A stretch of DNA of 64,000 bases from Lama guanicoe (Eukaryota). The stretch covers positions 6,435,078-6,499,077 of the forward strand of contig MU054001.1 of assembly GCA_013239625.1 (NCBI GenBank). The letters are read 5' to 3'. Shown in pieces: positions 26,325 to 38,802 of this stretch. The translations under genes and the position numbers were made by a program. Under the pieces are notes generated by a model. It saw only the letters and a program-made list of their open reading frames with translations. It searched no databases and was not told the DNA's origin. How positions within the stretch are numbered: the first letter of the stretch is position 1; each line of letters starts with the position of its first letter.

Positions 26325-26725
26325 CTGTGGTCTGGGTATCCCTGAGGATCCCAAAGACCCTTTGGAGAATCCATGAAGTCTGAGTAATTTTTGTAAGAAC
26401 TAGAAGACATTATTTGCTTTTTTATTCTTTCCTCTGTTATTCTTACTTTCATTCTTTCACAAGTATACAGTGGAGTTTTCCAGAAACTTTGAAATGTGTA
26501 ATGACTTCATTTCTCTGACCTCTTGTTTTGTGTTTACATATTCTTATGTTTTTAAAATGTTTCCATTTTAATTTTAATACAGTAAATTCCATCAACATTA
26601 TATCTATTAATATCAATAGATACAATTCAAATATATCAAATGAACAAAACATCTTTGGAATCCTCAGTAATTTTCAAGAGTGCAAAAAAGATCCTGACAC
26701 CAAAAAGCCTGAGAACTGCCGCCCT
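26325..26725. mobile_element. hAT-Charlie1-like DNA transposon fragment
   Basis: The phrases agaccctttg...ttatttgctttttt...tacagtggagttttccaga and the terminal aaagatcctgacaccaaaaagcctgagaactg match recalled Charlie1 phrases. Confidence 0.65.
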
Positions 26726-26999
26726 AAGCAAATGGATGCCTCTAACTGTCTGTGGTCACTGTACAAACTGATGAGAAAGGGTAATGTAATATCTCTGATA
26801 CATACATTTATCAAGCAAAGATAACATTTTGGCTGTGACAGGTCAGACAGATTATAGCAACCAAGTCAGATAGATTATAACAACCTCTCTAAGCACTCCA
26901 CCTTGCCATCTTGTTCCTGCCAAATAATTGTCACGGTTCTAGCATCCAGCCCTAAAAGGCAATCAAGTGAAGGAACTTAGAGGCTGATCTATTGGTGAG

Positions 27000-27360
27000 G
27001 TGTTTCCGTTTCCTTCAGATATATTCCCAGAAGTGGAATTGCTGAATCATATGGTAGTTCTGTTTTTAATTTTTGAGGACCTTTCATACTGTTTTCCATG
27101 GTGGCCATGCCAATTTACGATCCCACCAGGAGTGCACAAGGGTTCCCTTTTCTCCACATCCCCACTAGATTTGTTGTTTGTCTTTTTATGGCAGCCATAC
27201 TAACAGGTGTGAGGTGATACCTTGTTGTGGTTTTTGTTTGTTTGTTTATTTGTTTGTTTTAATGGGGGTACTAGGGATTGAACCCAGGACCTCCCATGTG
27301 CTAAGCACACTCTACCACTGAACTGTACTCACCCTATTGTTGTGGTTTTGATTTGCATTT
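27000..27360 (-). mobile_element. L1 ORF2-end fragment, interrupted by a SINE
   Basis: cccagaagtggaattgctgaatcatatggtagttct...cccaccag...aggtgtgaggtgata...gttttgatttgcattt is reverse L1 sequence. Confidence 0.85.
27235..27336 (-). mobile_element. vic-1-like tRNA SINE
   Basis: Reverse head gggattgaacccaggacctc...ctctaccactga and a (tttg)n tail. TSD ttgttgtggtttt at 27222-27234 and 27337-27349. Confidence 0.88.
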
Positions 27361-27714
27361 GATCATGACCTGAAAATTTCTTTACTGCCACAAATACGTT
27401 TTCAATAATTATGAAATTCAATAATTATTCACTGAGCCTCTACTCTGCCATGCATTATGCTAGAAAATAAGGATCCAAAGATGAAAAATAAGGTCACCAG
27501 ACTCAAGAGCTGCGATAGCATGAACCTCCAGGATGTCATTATAGCATGACATCATTCTATTCATGCTGTATTCAGAAGTTAAGCTTGATTTTTAAATACA
27601 CTAATTTGTGTCTAAATGTTTTTAAATGCAGCAGAATTTCAGACCCAGATGCACATTAATACGCAAGAGTATCATTTGTTTACAGTGCATTTGCTGGAGC
27701 TATACAGGATTCTC

Positions 27715-28838
27715 ATATTTCTTTCCTTACACACCCCTAGTGATCTCATGTCTTTAATCATCATCTGCATGCTAATGACTCCCAAATTTATGCATCTCCA
27801 GGCTGGACCTCCCTTCGAGCCCCAGAATCACATGTCCAGCTACCTACCAGCCACTGTCTGATAAGACATTTCAGGCTGTGTTTCCCAAACTGCATCCCTA
27901 ACCTTTCCCTTCAAACCTCCTCAACCCGTAATATTCCCATCTCACTAGATGGCAGCCCCATCCTTCCAGGTCCTCTGTCAAAATGTTAGCATCATCCTTG
28001 CCTCCCCTTTCTATCACACCCAACATCAAGTCTGTCAAGAAATGTTTTATATTCTGCTTAAAAAATATATCCACAACCTGACTACTTCTCATGTCTCCAC
28101 TGTAACCATCCTGGTCCAAGAAAACATCATTTCTTACCTGAATTATTCCAGTTACTGTTCCCCTGCTTCCACTCTTGCCCCCATACATTCTATTTTCAAT
28201 ATATGAGTTGCTATAATCCTTTAAAAATGAAAATCAGGTCATGTCACACATACTGAAGTTTTCCAGTAGCTTCTTTGTTAACATTTAGCTAACTAACTGA
28301 AGTCCAGAAGATGGCCTGCTAGGCCCCACATCCTTTGGCTCACCATCACCTCTCTGACTGCGTATTTCACCTTCCCACTTGATGCCTTGCACTGAATACA
28401 CTTAACTCCTTGGTGTTTCTTAAACAGTTGAAAGCAAGGTTCAGTCTTAAGGCTTGGTTCCAGTAGCTGTTTTCTCTGGCTGGAATATTATTCCTCCAGA
28501 TACCCATATCACCTCTTTCAAGCTGTTTCACCAAATAAATTTTACTTCCTTCATACCTTCATTCAAATGTCATATAATTTCTGAGGCCTGATGTATCTGA
28601 AATTGCAACTCCCAAGCACTCCCCTTTGCCCTTTCTCTGCTTTTGTTTTTCTTCAAAGCCCTTTCACTTGCCAAAATACTATATACTTCTTTTTGTTTTT
28701 AATATATCTTCTCATACTATAGCATAAACTCCAGGAGGGCAGTGATTTTGTTGTTGTTTTGTTCACTGTTGTTTCTCCAGTGCCTAGAACAGAGCTGGAC
28801 ACTAAATAGGGACTTGATGGTTATATGCTGAATAAATA
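27715..28838 (+). mobile_element. LINE-2 3' fragment
   Basis: L2 phrases gctaatgactcccaaattta, ccatcctggtccaag and tctccagtgcctagaacag...tgctgaataaat (L2 terminus). Confidence 0.8.
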
Positions 28839-29624
28839 GTAACAATTTTGGCAGCAGAACAGAATCTGAAGAGAGCTAGCATATTTTTAGGTGCTTAGAC
28901 TGTCCCATATTGGTAGGCCTCATTCTGCTAAAAATTTAACAGCTAACAAAGGGAGCTTTTGATAAAAATGGTGTTTGCAGAAGTTCAAACATATATTATT
29001 GAGTGGGTTTTCTTTTAAAACACCAGAGTGGTTTCTCAGAACTCATATATAAAACTTAGAAGTGTTGGCTGTGGGAATTTTATTTAAGCAGATGTAGAAA
29101 ATAATAGAGACATTTCTCAAGAGTCCTGTCTGTTTTTCTAAAAATACAAATTAAACCATTTCAACCCTTAAGATATCCTAAGATTATCTTATAAATCCTT
29201 TCTAAAAGAATTCAGCTTGAACTGATTCAAATTCTGTTCTAAATAATAGTTGATCTTTATCAGCAAAGATGAAGAGACCTGTTTACTAAAAGCTTTAGTT
29301 GTTTCTGATGTTATCTGTTAAGGATAGTGCACCAGGGAGACAAAGTATTAAAAAATGTTTTTTTGTAAGAATCCTATAATTTCTCTGACACTTACACATG
29401 TTTATTCCTAAACGCTTCTGAGGGAAACTTTTCAGAGATAGTAGTCTGTTGTAGCAATACTACACTTGCTTATTTTATAAATATTAATACCTATTACTAG
29501 TACCTGGACTTAATCCAGGGATATCCACCCCTTTCTTCCTTCTCCCCTCAAAAGTCTATCGAAGTACTGAGTCTGCCATACTGTTTTTAGTTTTTATCTG
29601 AAATGGAATTAGGAATTAATAATA

Positions 29625-29820
29625 AGGATGGTCACTACCATTTATCGAGCACTTAGAATGAGCCTGGCCCTATGGTAAGTGGTCTGTATGTACTCATTTA
29701 ATCCTCATGGAACAAGTTCTTTTATTAACCACATTGTGTATATTGTGAAATCAACATGGAGAGATTGAGTAATTTCCCCAAAATCACACCATGGAATCCC
29801 AGAGCCTTTCTGCCTCTGAA
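29625..29820 (-). mobile_element. MIR SINE
   Basis: ctaccatttatcgagcactta...ctcatttaatcctca...agtaatttccccaaaatcacac. Confidence 0.7.
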
Positions 29821-30199
29821 CTTTCAGTTTATTATACATTTTGCATAACTATGTAGAGCTGTATTCTCGATATTGTTGTGGTCCTAAACTCTTGACAATC
29901 TGGGGAAAGTTACAAAACCTCTCCCTGGAAAATGGCCCATAAAAATAAAATTTTGTGTTCATGAACACCCTGAAAACTATCCATAAACTCTTTGCAAGTT
30001 CCTCCAGTAGTAACAGAGCTTATTTTAAATATTTGTACATTACAGGTATATATGATGCAGGAAACAAAAGTCCCATATTACCTGAACCATAGATATTAAC
30101 ATTGTTGCTTTGGTCTGTGTTTACCAGATTGTTTCTCTAAGCATATTCTATGTACAGAAGAACCCGTATGTGATTTCATTTTATTTTTAATGATGTAAG

Positions 30200-30510
30200 G
30201 ACTACATTAAAATGTAAAACCTCCGTTAATCAGAAGATATCATTAAAATAAATTGGAAAGACAAGGAACAAGTTGGGAGAAGATATTTCCAATATATGTA
30301 ACCAAGCATGAATTGAGTTCCAAGTTAAAGAATTATAAATCAAGAAAAAAGACCACCTATTAGAAAAATAGGGAAAAAATATGGGCAGATATATAACAAA
30401 AAAACAAATAAAGAAGGCCAATAAGCAGATGTGTTCACCATCTATAGAATCAGAGAAATTAAATGAAAACCAGAAAATAACATTTTATACTCATCAGATC
30501 TGCACATTTC
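30200..30510 (+). mobile_element. Old L1ME-type fragment
   Basis: tgggagaagatattt...agaaaaatagggaaaaaatatg...ggccaataagca resembles the L1 ORF2 end. Confidence 0.55.
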
Positions 30511-31790
30511 TAGTTATTCCAAAAATACCTTTCATAACTGCTTTTCTTCCCTATTGAGGACACAATTAAAAGTCACATGTGTATTTGGTAGTTATTTCTC
30601 TATAACCTCTCCTAGTCTAGCTGAACTCTTGCTTTTTTATTTTTAAAGATATCCATTTTTTGAAGAGTCCAGAACACATGTATTATCAAATGTTCCACAT
30701 TCTGGGTTTATCTTGTTTTTTGCACATGAATCTTTAACTTTTGAGCCCCTGCTTCTTAAAGTAAAAAAATAGAAATTGCTCCAGTGAGCTCAGTGTTGTT
30801 GGCTTGGTGTGTTTTGACAAAGTAGGTGAACTTTTTTTTTTCATTATGAAGAAGAGGAAGGAACAAATGCTATAAATATTGCAAATATGATCTTTTAAAA
30901 AAAATTGAAGTATCAAATATAATGAGTGCTTATTATACAGTTGTATTTCCACAGAAAGAGGAGTATGTTGGTCATAACAGTTATAGTCTCTTTGTGATCT
31001 TTTAAAAAACACTAAATATTTTAAGTTATTTTTTTCTTATCATATTAGTATAATATGTTAGTCATTGTATAGGATAACAGCATAGAAATTTTTCCTTTGA
31101 TTCAAATAGTCTGTGGTATTTGTTGCATGAGGTACAATTTTTCTCGTGTGTTAAAATCACAACTATGTTTTAGTACATGGGATTCTAATATGTTGTACAT
31201 CTATTCTTTGGTTCTATGCAAAGATATCTATGTTTATGTTTTATGGTTCTAGAAATAAGAATAGTCTCCTTATATGCGTGATCGGTTTCGTCATTTGAAT
31301 CACTAACCAATAAATTAAGTCTTTAAAAGCTGTTGAGATCAGACAAAATAGTTGATGTCAGCTGGGCATTTGGTACCTAATGGAAGTCTATTCCGGATAT
31401 TTATAATCACAGAAAGGCAAATGAACAGTTTTTTAACTAACACACACACTGGCTCCAGGTGGCCCAAGCCGAAGTCCTATAGGGAGTGGTGGCCATGGCA
31501 TCCAACCAGGTTGGCTTTTGGGTTCTTCCCCTCACAGCCTGGGTTTTGGGCAAGTTCCTTTTGTTCTTTGAGATTTAGTCTCCTCATTTTTAAAAATGGG
31601 GGTGATATTACATGGCTTGATGCAGTGGATTTAAAGTATTTCTGACTAAGAACTTTGGTAAGAAAATATTTTGTATCATAACCTGTACACACATAGTTAC
31701 ACCTTGTATTTTTATAGATATATACCTATACATGTATAAACATTTTATATGACAAGATTTACTCATACTGTGTATGATACACTTTATTTT

Positions 31791-31901
31791 ATTTTATTTT
31801 GTATATTTTTATCGAAGTATAGTCAGTTTACAGTGTATCTATTTCTGGCTTACAGCATAATGCTTCAGTCATACATGAACATACATATGTTTTCATATTT
31901 T
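31791..31901 (-). mobile_element. Short lineage-specific L1 3' end insertion
   Basis: tttatcgaagtatagtcagtttaca...gtcatacatgaacatacata. Perfect 13-bp TSD tacactttatttt at 31778-31790 and 31902-31914, followed by aa (tttt/aa endonuclease site). Confidence 0.85.
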
Positions 31902-32239
31902 TACACTTTATTTTAAGATGTTGATGAAATTGATTTCATGACCCAGTAAAGGATAATTACTCTTGGTTTGAAAACCAAGATAAAGATTTAGTTAGTTTCA
32001 GATTCTGCTACCAATATGATTCTTCCAGTTTGCTCATTCAGTCAACAAATATTTATTGAGCAGTTATCATGTGCCTATGTGAACAAAACATAATCTGTTC
32101 CATTTAATAATTGTCTCCATGGTCCATAACCCACACACCTCATTTCAGGCAGCAGTCCCATGGACACACCTAGGCTTTATCTCCCAGAACTCTGACCACA
32201 TACAACCTCCTATCCTTTTTTCTCTTATTTAACCTCTAG

Positions 32240-33280
32240 GCAGCACTGACATATCTCTTCTGTCCATGAGACACTTGCTCTCTTTGACCACAGTGAAACC
32301 TGTATTTTTTTCTTTTCAGAACCTTCTGTGGGCTCCTCTTACTCTCTCTGATCCATAAATGTGGACAAAGTTCAGTTTTGTCAGCCCTCTTCCCTTTTTA
32401 AACCAAACACTCTCCTTGGGCACTTCCATCTCTTACATCAGTTACATTAGTTGTGCCACCAACTCCCAAATTGTATCTCCACCCCAGGTTTCTTTTATGG
32501 ATTTTACCATTCCTATAACCTGACCCATTTCAAACTCAACTTGTCCAAAACAGAACATGTTATCTTTCCCTCAAAACCTTCTCATCCTGCTTTGCTTCCT
32601 GTCTCAATGGTGGCAACACCATCTCCTCAGATGTCAAGCCATTTACAAGAGTCATTCTTGTTCTCCTTCTTTCTCACTCCTCACATCTAATCAGTTCCCA
32701 AATCTTCATGACTTTGCCTCTTAACATAGTAACCAATGTTTGAACAACCTGTGTTTAGACCACTATTTCATCTTGCTTACTTTACCATTGACAGTCTCCT
32801 GACTGGTCTCCTTCTCTTCAAGTCCAGGCTCCAGGTGGCATTCTAACTTCTACAGTAGAGATTTGATCTTACCACATGCTTGTTAAAATATCTTAATGCC
32901 ATTTCATTACCAACAGGAAGAATTCCATGCTCCTTGCCATAACATAAATGGACCTTCCTGATCTGGTTTCTACCTAGTGCTCCAGCCTCTCACAACCCCC
33001 GTCTCTTTGTGCTTCATGTCCAAGATACTCTGAACACCCCCCTGCCTTCATTTCACCTGCTTGATTTGTACATATCCTTCAGCTCTCAACGGAGACCTCT
33101 CTTTTTCTAGGAAGCTTTCTCTCACCCCCAGTGTAATGGCTACTACTCTGTTATAATTGTCTTTTCTCTTTCCTCTGGTAGAGTGTCACCTCTTAAGGAC
33201 AGTTACCATTTTAGCTGCTCTGCTCCTGAAAACCTTGGTGCCTAGGGATACCTATTTGAATGACTAAGGAAGGAATGAAA
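32240..33280 (+). mobile_element. LINE-2 fragment
   Basis: caaactcaacttgtccaaaacagaac, ctcacatctaatcagtt and ctcctgactggtctccttc are L2 phrases. Confidence 0.75.
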
Positions 33281-33314
33281 ATGAGAGAAAGCCAGTTCTC
33301 TTCCAGCAAAGGAA

Positions 33315-33545
33315 GACAGTGAACCATTGTGGTTAAGAATGCAGGCTTTAGAATGGATCTGGATTCCAATCCTGGCTCTACTGCTGACCAGCTGAGCAGA
33401 TTATTTGCCTGAGCTTCAAACTCCTCATCTGTAAAAAAGAGAATGTTAATAGTTCCTACCTTGCAGAGTAAGGAATAAAATCAGAGAATATATGCAGATC
33501 ACCTAGCATGGTGCCTGTAGTGTAAGACAGTAAGATTAGTTGTTA
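33315..33545 (+). mobile_element. MIR SINE
   Basis: gtggttaagaatgcaggctttaga...ggattccaatcctggctctact...ctcctcatctgtaaaa...cctagcatggtgcctg. Confidence 0.8.
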
Positions 33546-35514
33546 TTTCATTCTGTTCCAGTACATGAACAGGTAGAACTAAAAAGCTATCAGATTATCA
33601 CTGTATTCTTTTTGACAGTAAAAGCACACATAGTGGACTACGTGACCCCACTGCCAGAGATTGCTTAATTAATATCAAGAGACACAAGGCAAACTATTAT
33701 ATATGGCCTTCAACCCCTGAAAATAGTAGAAAAATGTAACTAACTTTCCAGTTGGATAAAAATATAACTGTCATGTGAGATAATCTGTACTTGTCATAGG
33801 GAACTGTGAGCCTAACTACAGTGTATTAAAAATGTACTTTATAAATGTATGCTGCATGAAATAGAAGGGGACTTTCTTATAGCTGGTAACAGATGGAAAG
33901 AATGTGAGGTTTCTGAACTTCTTATGATGGAAACCACTGTTTACTAAGGTATGTCTCTTAAAGTGCTTTTTCTTAAAGGAGAATAGAATGCCGCTGTCTT
34001 GAAATTCACTTAATAGTATTGCTCCGTTTACCCTTTATCTCATTTTCACTGAATCTATTATTAATAGGTGACACCAATTATTTTACTTTCATGTTGGTAA
34101 CATTTCTTATACTCTCTGCAATCTGTCAGAGTAGCTCTAACCCTCAAAATTTGATCTGTGAAGTGAGGGGAACACTAGAAGTGCTGATTGAGCTGATTAA
34201 AAGCACAGGGAGAGAAGCTCTCTCTCCTTCTTGATGTGGAAAGTTCTTACCATTGTGGGTTTTATTTAGCCTGATCCATGCATGTGGTTTGGAGAATGGA
34301 ACTTCTCTCTCTGATTCATGCTTACTAAAACATTGTCTGATACATAAGCTTTCCCTAAGTACAGAAAGAGTGGCATTGAAGTCATATCAGCTCTTTAATG
34401 TCACTAGGGCTCGACTTGGTACACTGGAGAAGGAATAAGTGACGCTTTGGTATTACGGTTATCATTCTGAACAGAATACCTTCCAGCAGATTAAATTCTT
34501 TACCTGTCAGAAAAGATCTGATTTATTTGGGGGCATTATTGCCTTAGTGACCTTGTTTGGTGTCTAATTTACTTTCAGGGAGAGGAACAGAAAAGGCAAC
34601 CTGAACCAAGTTAGTATTTTCTTCTCAGAAATAGATTGACTTGGTTATAGTCAGGCTTTTATAAATTACAGTCGTTATAGAAAGCAACTGCTAACTGAAA
34701 TGAGCCAAACAAACCTACAGAAAGCTTTTAAAAATGGTACAAATTCATAAGCTTGAGTTGTTAATGATTTCCTCCTTGAAAAGGAGGAGTAAAATGATTG
34801 AAGAAGTTTAGTGACCCATATTTTAACCTTCATGAATATTTCCAAAATTGGGTGGTACAATTTGCACTCTGTTTTTTCAGGAAGTATTTAGATCCTTCTT
34901 ATATTATCAGTTCAGGCCTTCTTTCTTTTCCTGTCTTACGCTTCCTGCCATTTCTTCGTTCCTCAGCACCTCTAAATAGACCCTGGGAATGAACAGTGGA
35001 AATTAAAGTTTTTCATGTTTTCTCTATTTTCATAGCTGAAGAGTGTGTGTGGCAATGCTGTTAAAAGCAGTGTAGCTAAAAGTCTGAATTTCAGGCTAGC
35101 TGACAGTGTGTGCCTGGTCAACTGTGGGACTTCGTGTCTCTTATCCAGGGCCTTACTGTTGTTAAGGAGATGAGACATTAGTGAGCATTAAAGAGACGAA
35201 ACTCATGCTTATAATTGTTTGTAAACTGAAAAGACAAATTATTGATAAGGCATATGTAAAGCCTTCCAACTCAGTGATTTCTAGTCATTTCTTTGCTCTC
35301 TGAGCAAAGTGTCTTGCTTCAGTGTCTCCTCTTTATCCTCACAATTAGATGCTAGTTTCTTAGCCTGCATGCAGTGTGGGCCTAGCCTCCTTTCCAACTT
35401 TATCTTCTGCATTTCCTTTGCTGGTATCCTGTGCTTCAGCCGAAGTAAACTCAGCTTTTTCCTAAATGAACTCTAGTTTTTCTCATTGCCATGTCTTTGC
35501 TTATTTCCTCTACC

Positions 35515-35710
35515 CAAGAGTTTCTTAACTATGACTTAACTATCCTTAGCTATTGACATTCTGAGCTGAGTAAGTCTGTTGTGGGAGCTGTCAAGTTCTT
35601 TGTAGAATGTTTAGCAGCAGCCCCAGCCTCTACCCTCTAAATACTAGTAGTAACAAAAATGTCTTCTCACATCATAAAATGTCCCTTAGGAGGCAATTTA
35701 CCCTTATAAA
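35515..35710. mobile_element. MER20 hAT MITE
   Basis: ctattgacattctg...gtgggagctgtc...gaatgtttagcagcagcccc..cctctacc...aaaatgtc. Confidence 0.7.
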
Positions 35711-38423
35711 TTATTTCTGACTTACGTTTCTACAAATCTCCTACTCCTTTGAGGCTTTGCCACCTAGCTATACCAGCCATCTTCCATTTTTCATTGCTAA
35801 CACCTCCCAGTTTCCTGGTTTACTGGCGACATAATGCGTCCCAGGCAGTTGTCTAACTCCTGCCGTCATTTTAGATGATTTCATTGTCCACAGAGATGAC
35901 CCAGCCCAGCACCATGACTTCCCCATCCTAGCCACTGCAATTCAGTCCCTGTACCATGTGGGTACCAGAAAACAAACTGTCCCCCAAATCAGTTATCAAA
36001 CATCCCACTCTCCTGCCACCCTCTCCTGTCCTCTAGGCTGGCTGCTCAAGGGCCTCCCCTGCCATTTCCTGGACCTTGCTGAGGCCACAGGTCCACTGAC
36101 TGACCTTGCTATTTTATATCCACCCCTTCCTCCCTTCAGCCTGGACTTCCGTCCCTGTCCATGGTACATCCTTACAAACAATCTCTTGCAAATAGACTTG
36201 ACTCTCATTCTATCACACTTGGACACTAATTCTAAGTAAACAAACCCAGACACCCACACTCTCTCTAAGAAAAACACATTATAATCTTTGAGTTAGGAGA
36301 TTATCCCTGATCTCACTCTCACATTCTAAAGTCAAACCCTCATTATATTCTGTCTCATGGTTCCCAAAATTTTTCTTTACATTGTTACAGTTTGAAATTG
36401 AGGTCTCCTTTCTTATCCTGATATATGTCAGATGATCCTTCTGTCTCCCTTCCCTTCTTCTCCTTCCCTCCTCTTCTTCTTCCCTCCCTCCTGCTACCTT
36501 GGAGAAGAAAGCAGCACACATTTTTTAACAACCACTAACAGCTTCTATCTGTTCCATTTTAGCATTTAGCAATGTATTTTTTCCAAGTAGCTTCAGAGGC
36601 TAATGTAGACCTCCCTCTCCACCCTGCCCCCATATATTTAAAAAGATAAAAATGAACAGTTGAGTGTTTTCTGCTACTATCAAGTAGAATAGAGTAATGA
36701 AATATCCTTGGGGTAACTGAAAAGATGTAAATTGGGTCATCAGATATCTAAAACTTTAGATAGTCTTTTACCGGGAGACTGACATGACATTTAGTAGAAG
36801 ATTGTGTTGCATGGTTTGCTATTTCATCATACTTGCTTTCTGAATATAGATATGTTCTTAATCTGATATCCAGGATTGCATACTACTGAGGGTAAACACA
36901 AGGCAATAACGTACTTTCTGCATAAAAAGAAAGACGTTTTTGAGACTCAGCTTTTTTTAACGTTTTGAGATTGAATATTTTCATTAATAGAACTCTGAAT
37001 AGAATTTCATTTTAAAACAGTATCTGGTGTCCTTGGATACTCAGCTCTTACTGACTGAATAATAACAAACATAGAACTACATGTCTTACTTCTACTATAC
37101 AGTGTTTCCCGTGTATTATTAAACCTCAAATAGTGATTCTTTATCACCTAAAGTTTGTTTCAGTCTTTGTCAATAATTGACAGAATTATAATGACATTTC
37201 AACTGTTGCTAGTTACCGTTTCATGGGATTAGGACTTTAATATAGATTTTGTTTGCCTAGGCACTTCACCTGAATTAGGATGTGTGACCTGCTGTCTCTT
37301 TTAATCTGAGTGACAGTTTATAGCATCCCCAAGCAGCACATATTATGCCAGTAAACTTAAATGATTATGGTAGCTCATCATATTTTTAATACCCAGTATA
37401 ACTAATGTGCAATAAGTAATTTAAATTGAATTATTATCTAATCATATTCAAGATAAAATCAGTCAGTTTTTATCCATTATAGTTGGTTTACCATGAACTT
37501 AAAGTCTATTAACGTTAAATGTTTTGAACCTCGAAACTATTACATTGGTTCAGTTAAGAAGAATGTAAAGTCAACATTCAACTTAAGTCATTTAAAAATG
37601 TTTTCTCCAAGATGTTTACATTTCTCTTAATAGAAATGGTCTATAATCATAAAAGACTCTTACTTCATACTGTATGTCAGCATGCAGAACAAAAATGTCT
37701 AAAAGGAAATATTTAGTTGCACCCTTCCTACCCTTTCCTCTAAAACCAAGAGAGCTAAGTTTCCATTAATATTTTTTGAAGACTAGCTGAAATGGAGTAT
37801 GAAAAACTTAAATTTTTAATGACTCAAAATCTCATTTCACTCTTACAGCACCAGGAATCTCAGATATCATTCATGGAGACTGGGAGCTTTGAGAATATTT
37901 TAGAACATTTTTAGTATCCATGATTAGAAATACAAAGTAATTAAAATGTGGGGTAAAATGAGCTAAAAGCATGTAGGATGACTTTACAAATTAAGAGATC
38001 ATCTTTCTTTTTTCTTTTTCAATTTGATTTTTGAAAGAACCTTATTACAGTGCTCCTAGCAAGTAATGGGACCATTGCCATTCCACAGCATGTTGCCTGA
38101 GACGTGGCATTCTGTCAGAACTCTGACAGTCATTGTGGTTTATTTCCACCCTCCCCGCCCCCCTGGCTTTTACCTAAAGTGAAATAGAATTTTGTTTTCT
38201 GAAATAAACTTGAAAGTGGAATTAGTCTATGTCACCGAGTCATGACATTATAAAACAAAGCTATCAGGCAGGCAGAACAAGCTGAGGTAGAGGGTAATTT
38301 TTGACTTCTGAAAGTTGGTGAACTGTCAGATGACTTAAAAGTATGTAATATTTTTTCATCAATTTAGTATTGAAGATCAGTATGCCAAACATACACACAT
38401 TTTTACTCCTTAAAAGCAGCACA

Positions 38424-38572
38424 TGGAGTAGGATATAGCTCAGTGGTAGAGTGAGTGCTTAATCCCCAGTACCTCCATCAAAATAAATTAATAAACTTAA
38501 TTACCTCCTCCAAAAAAAGAAAATTGGAAAAGAAAACTAAAAATAAATTTATTTTTAAGCCTTAAAAAAAAT
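38424..38572 (+). mobile_element. vic-1-like SINE with an internal deletion
   Basis: tatagctcagtggtagag...tgctta^atccccagtacctcc lacks about 23 nt present in the other copies. It has an A-rich tail and an imperfect TSD (cagcaca). Confidence 0.8.
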
Positions 38573-38676
38573 ACAGCACAGAATATATCTGTAAGATAAC
38601 TGTTAGATCTAACTTTAAATTTTTCTGTCCTCTTAGGCTAGGTTGATTTTTTGTGACCATTAAAAGTATAATGCAG

Positions 38677-38802
38677 TGGGGAGGGTATAGCTTAGTGGTA
38701 GAGTACATGCCTAGCATTCACAAGGTGCTGGGTTCAGTTCCCAATACCTCCATTAAATAAATAAATGAATAAACCTAATTACCTCTTCCCCAAAAAAATA
38801 CA
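38677..38802 (+). mobile_element. vic-1-like tRNA SINE
   Basis: ggggagggtatagcttagtggtagag...ctgggttcagttccc. TSD tataatgcag at 38667-38676 and 38803-38812. Confidence 0.88.

Noticed and set aside
26842..26885. 23-bp tandem duplication (a similar 13-bp duplication lies at 59535-59565)
   Set aside because: These are ordinary slippage duplications with no sign of function.
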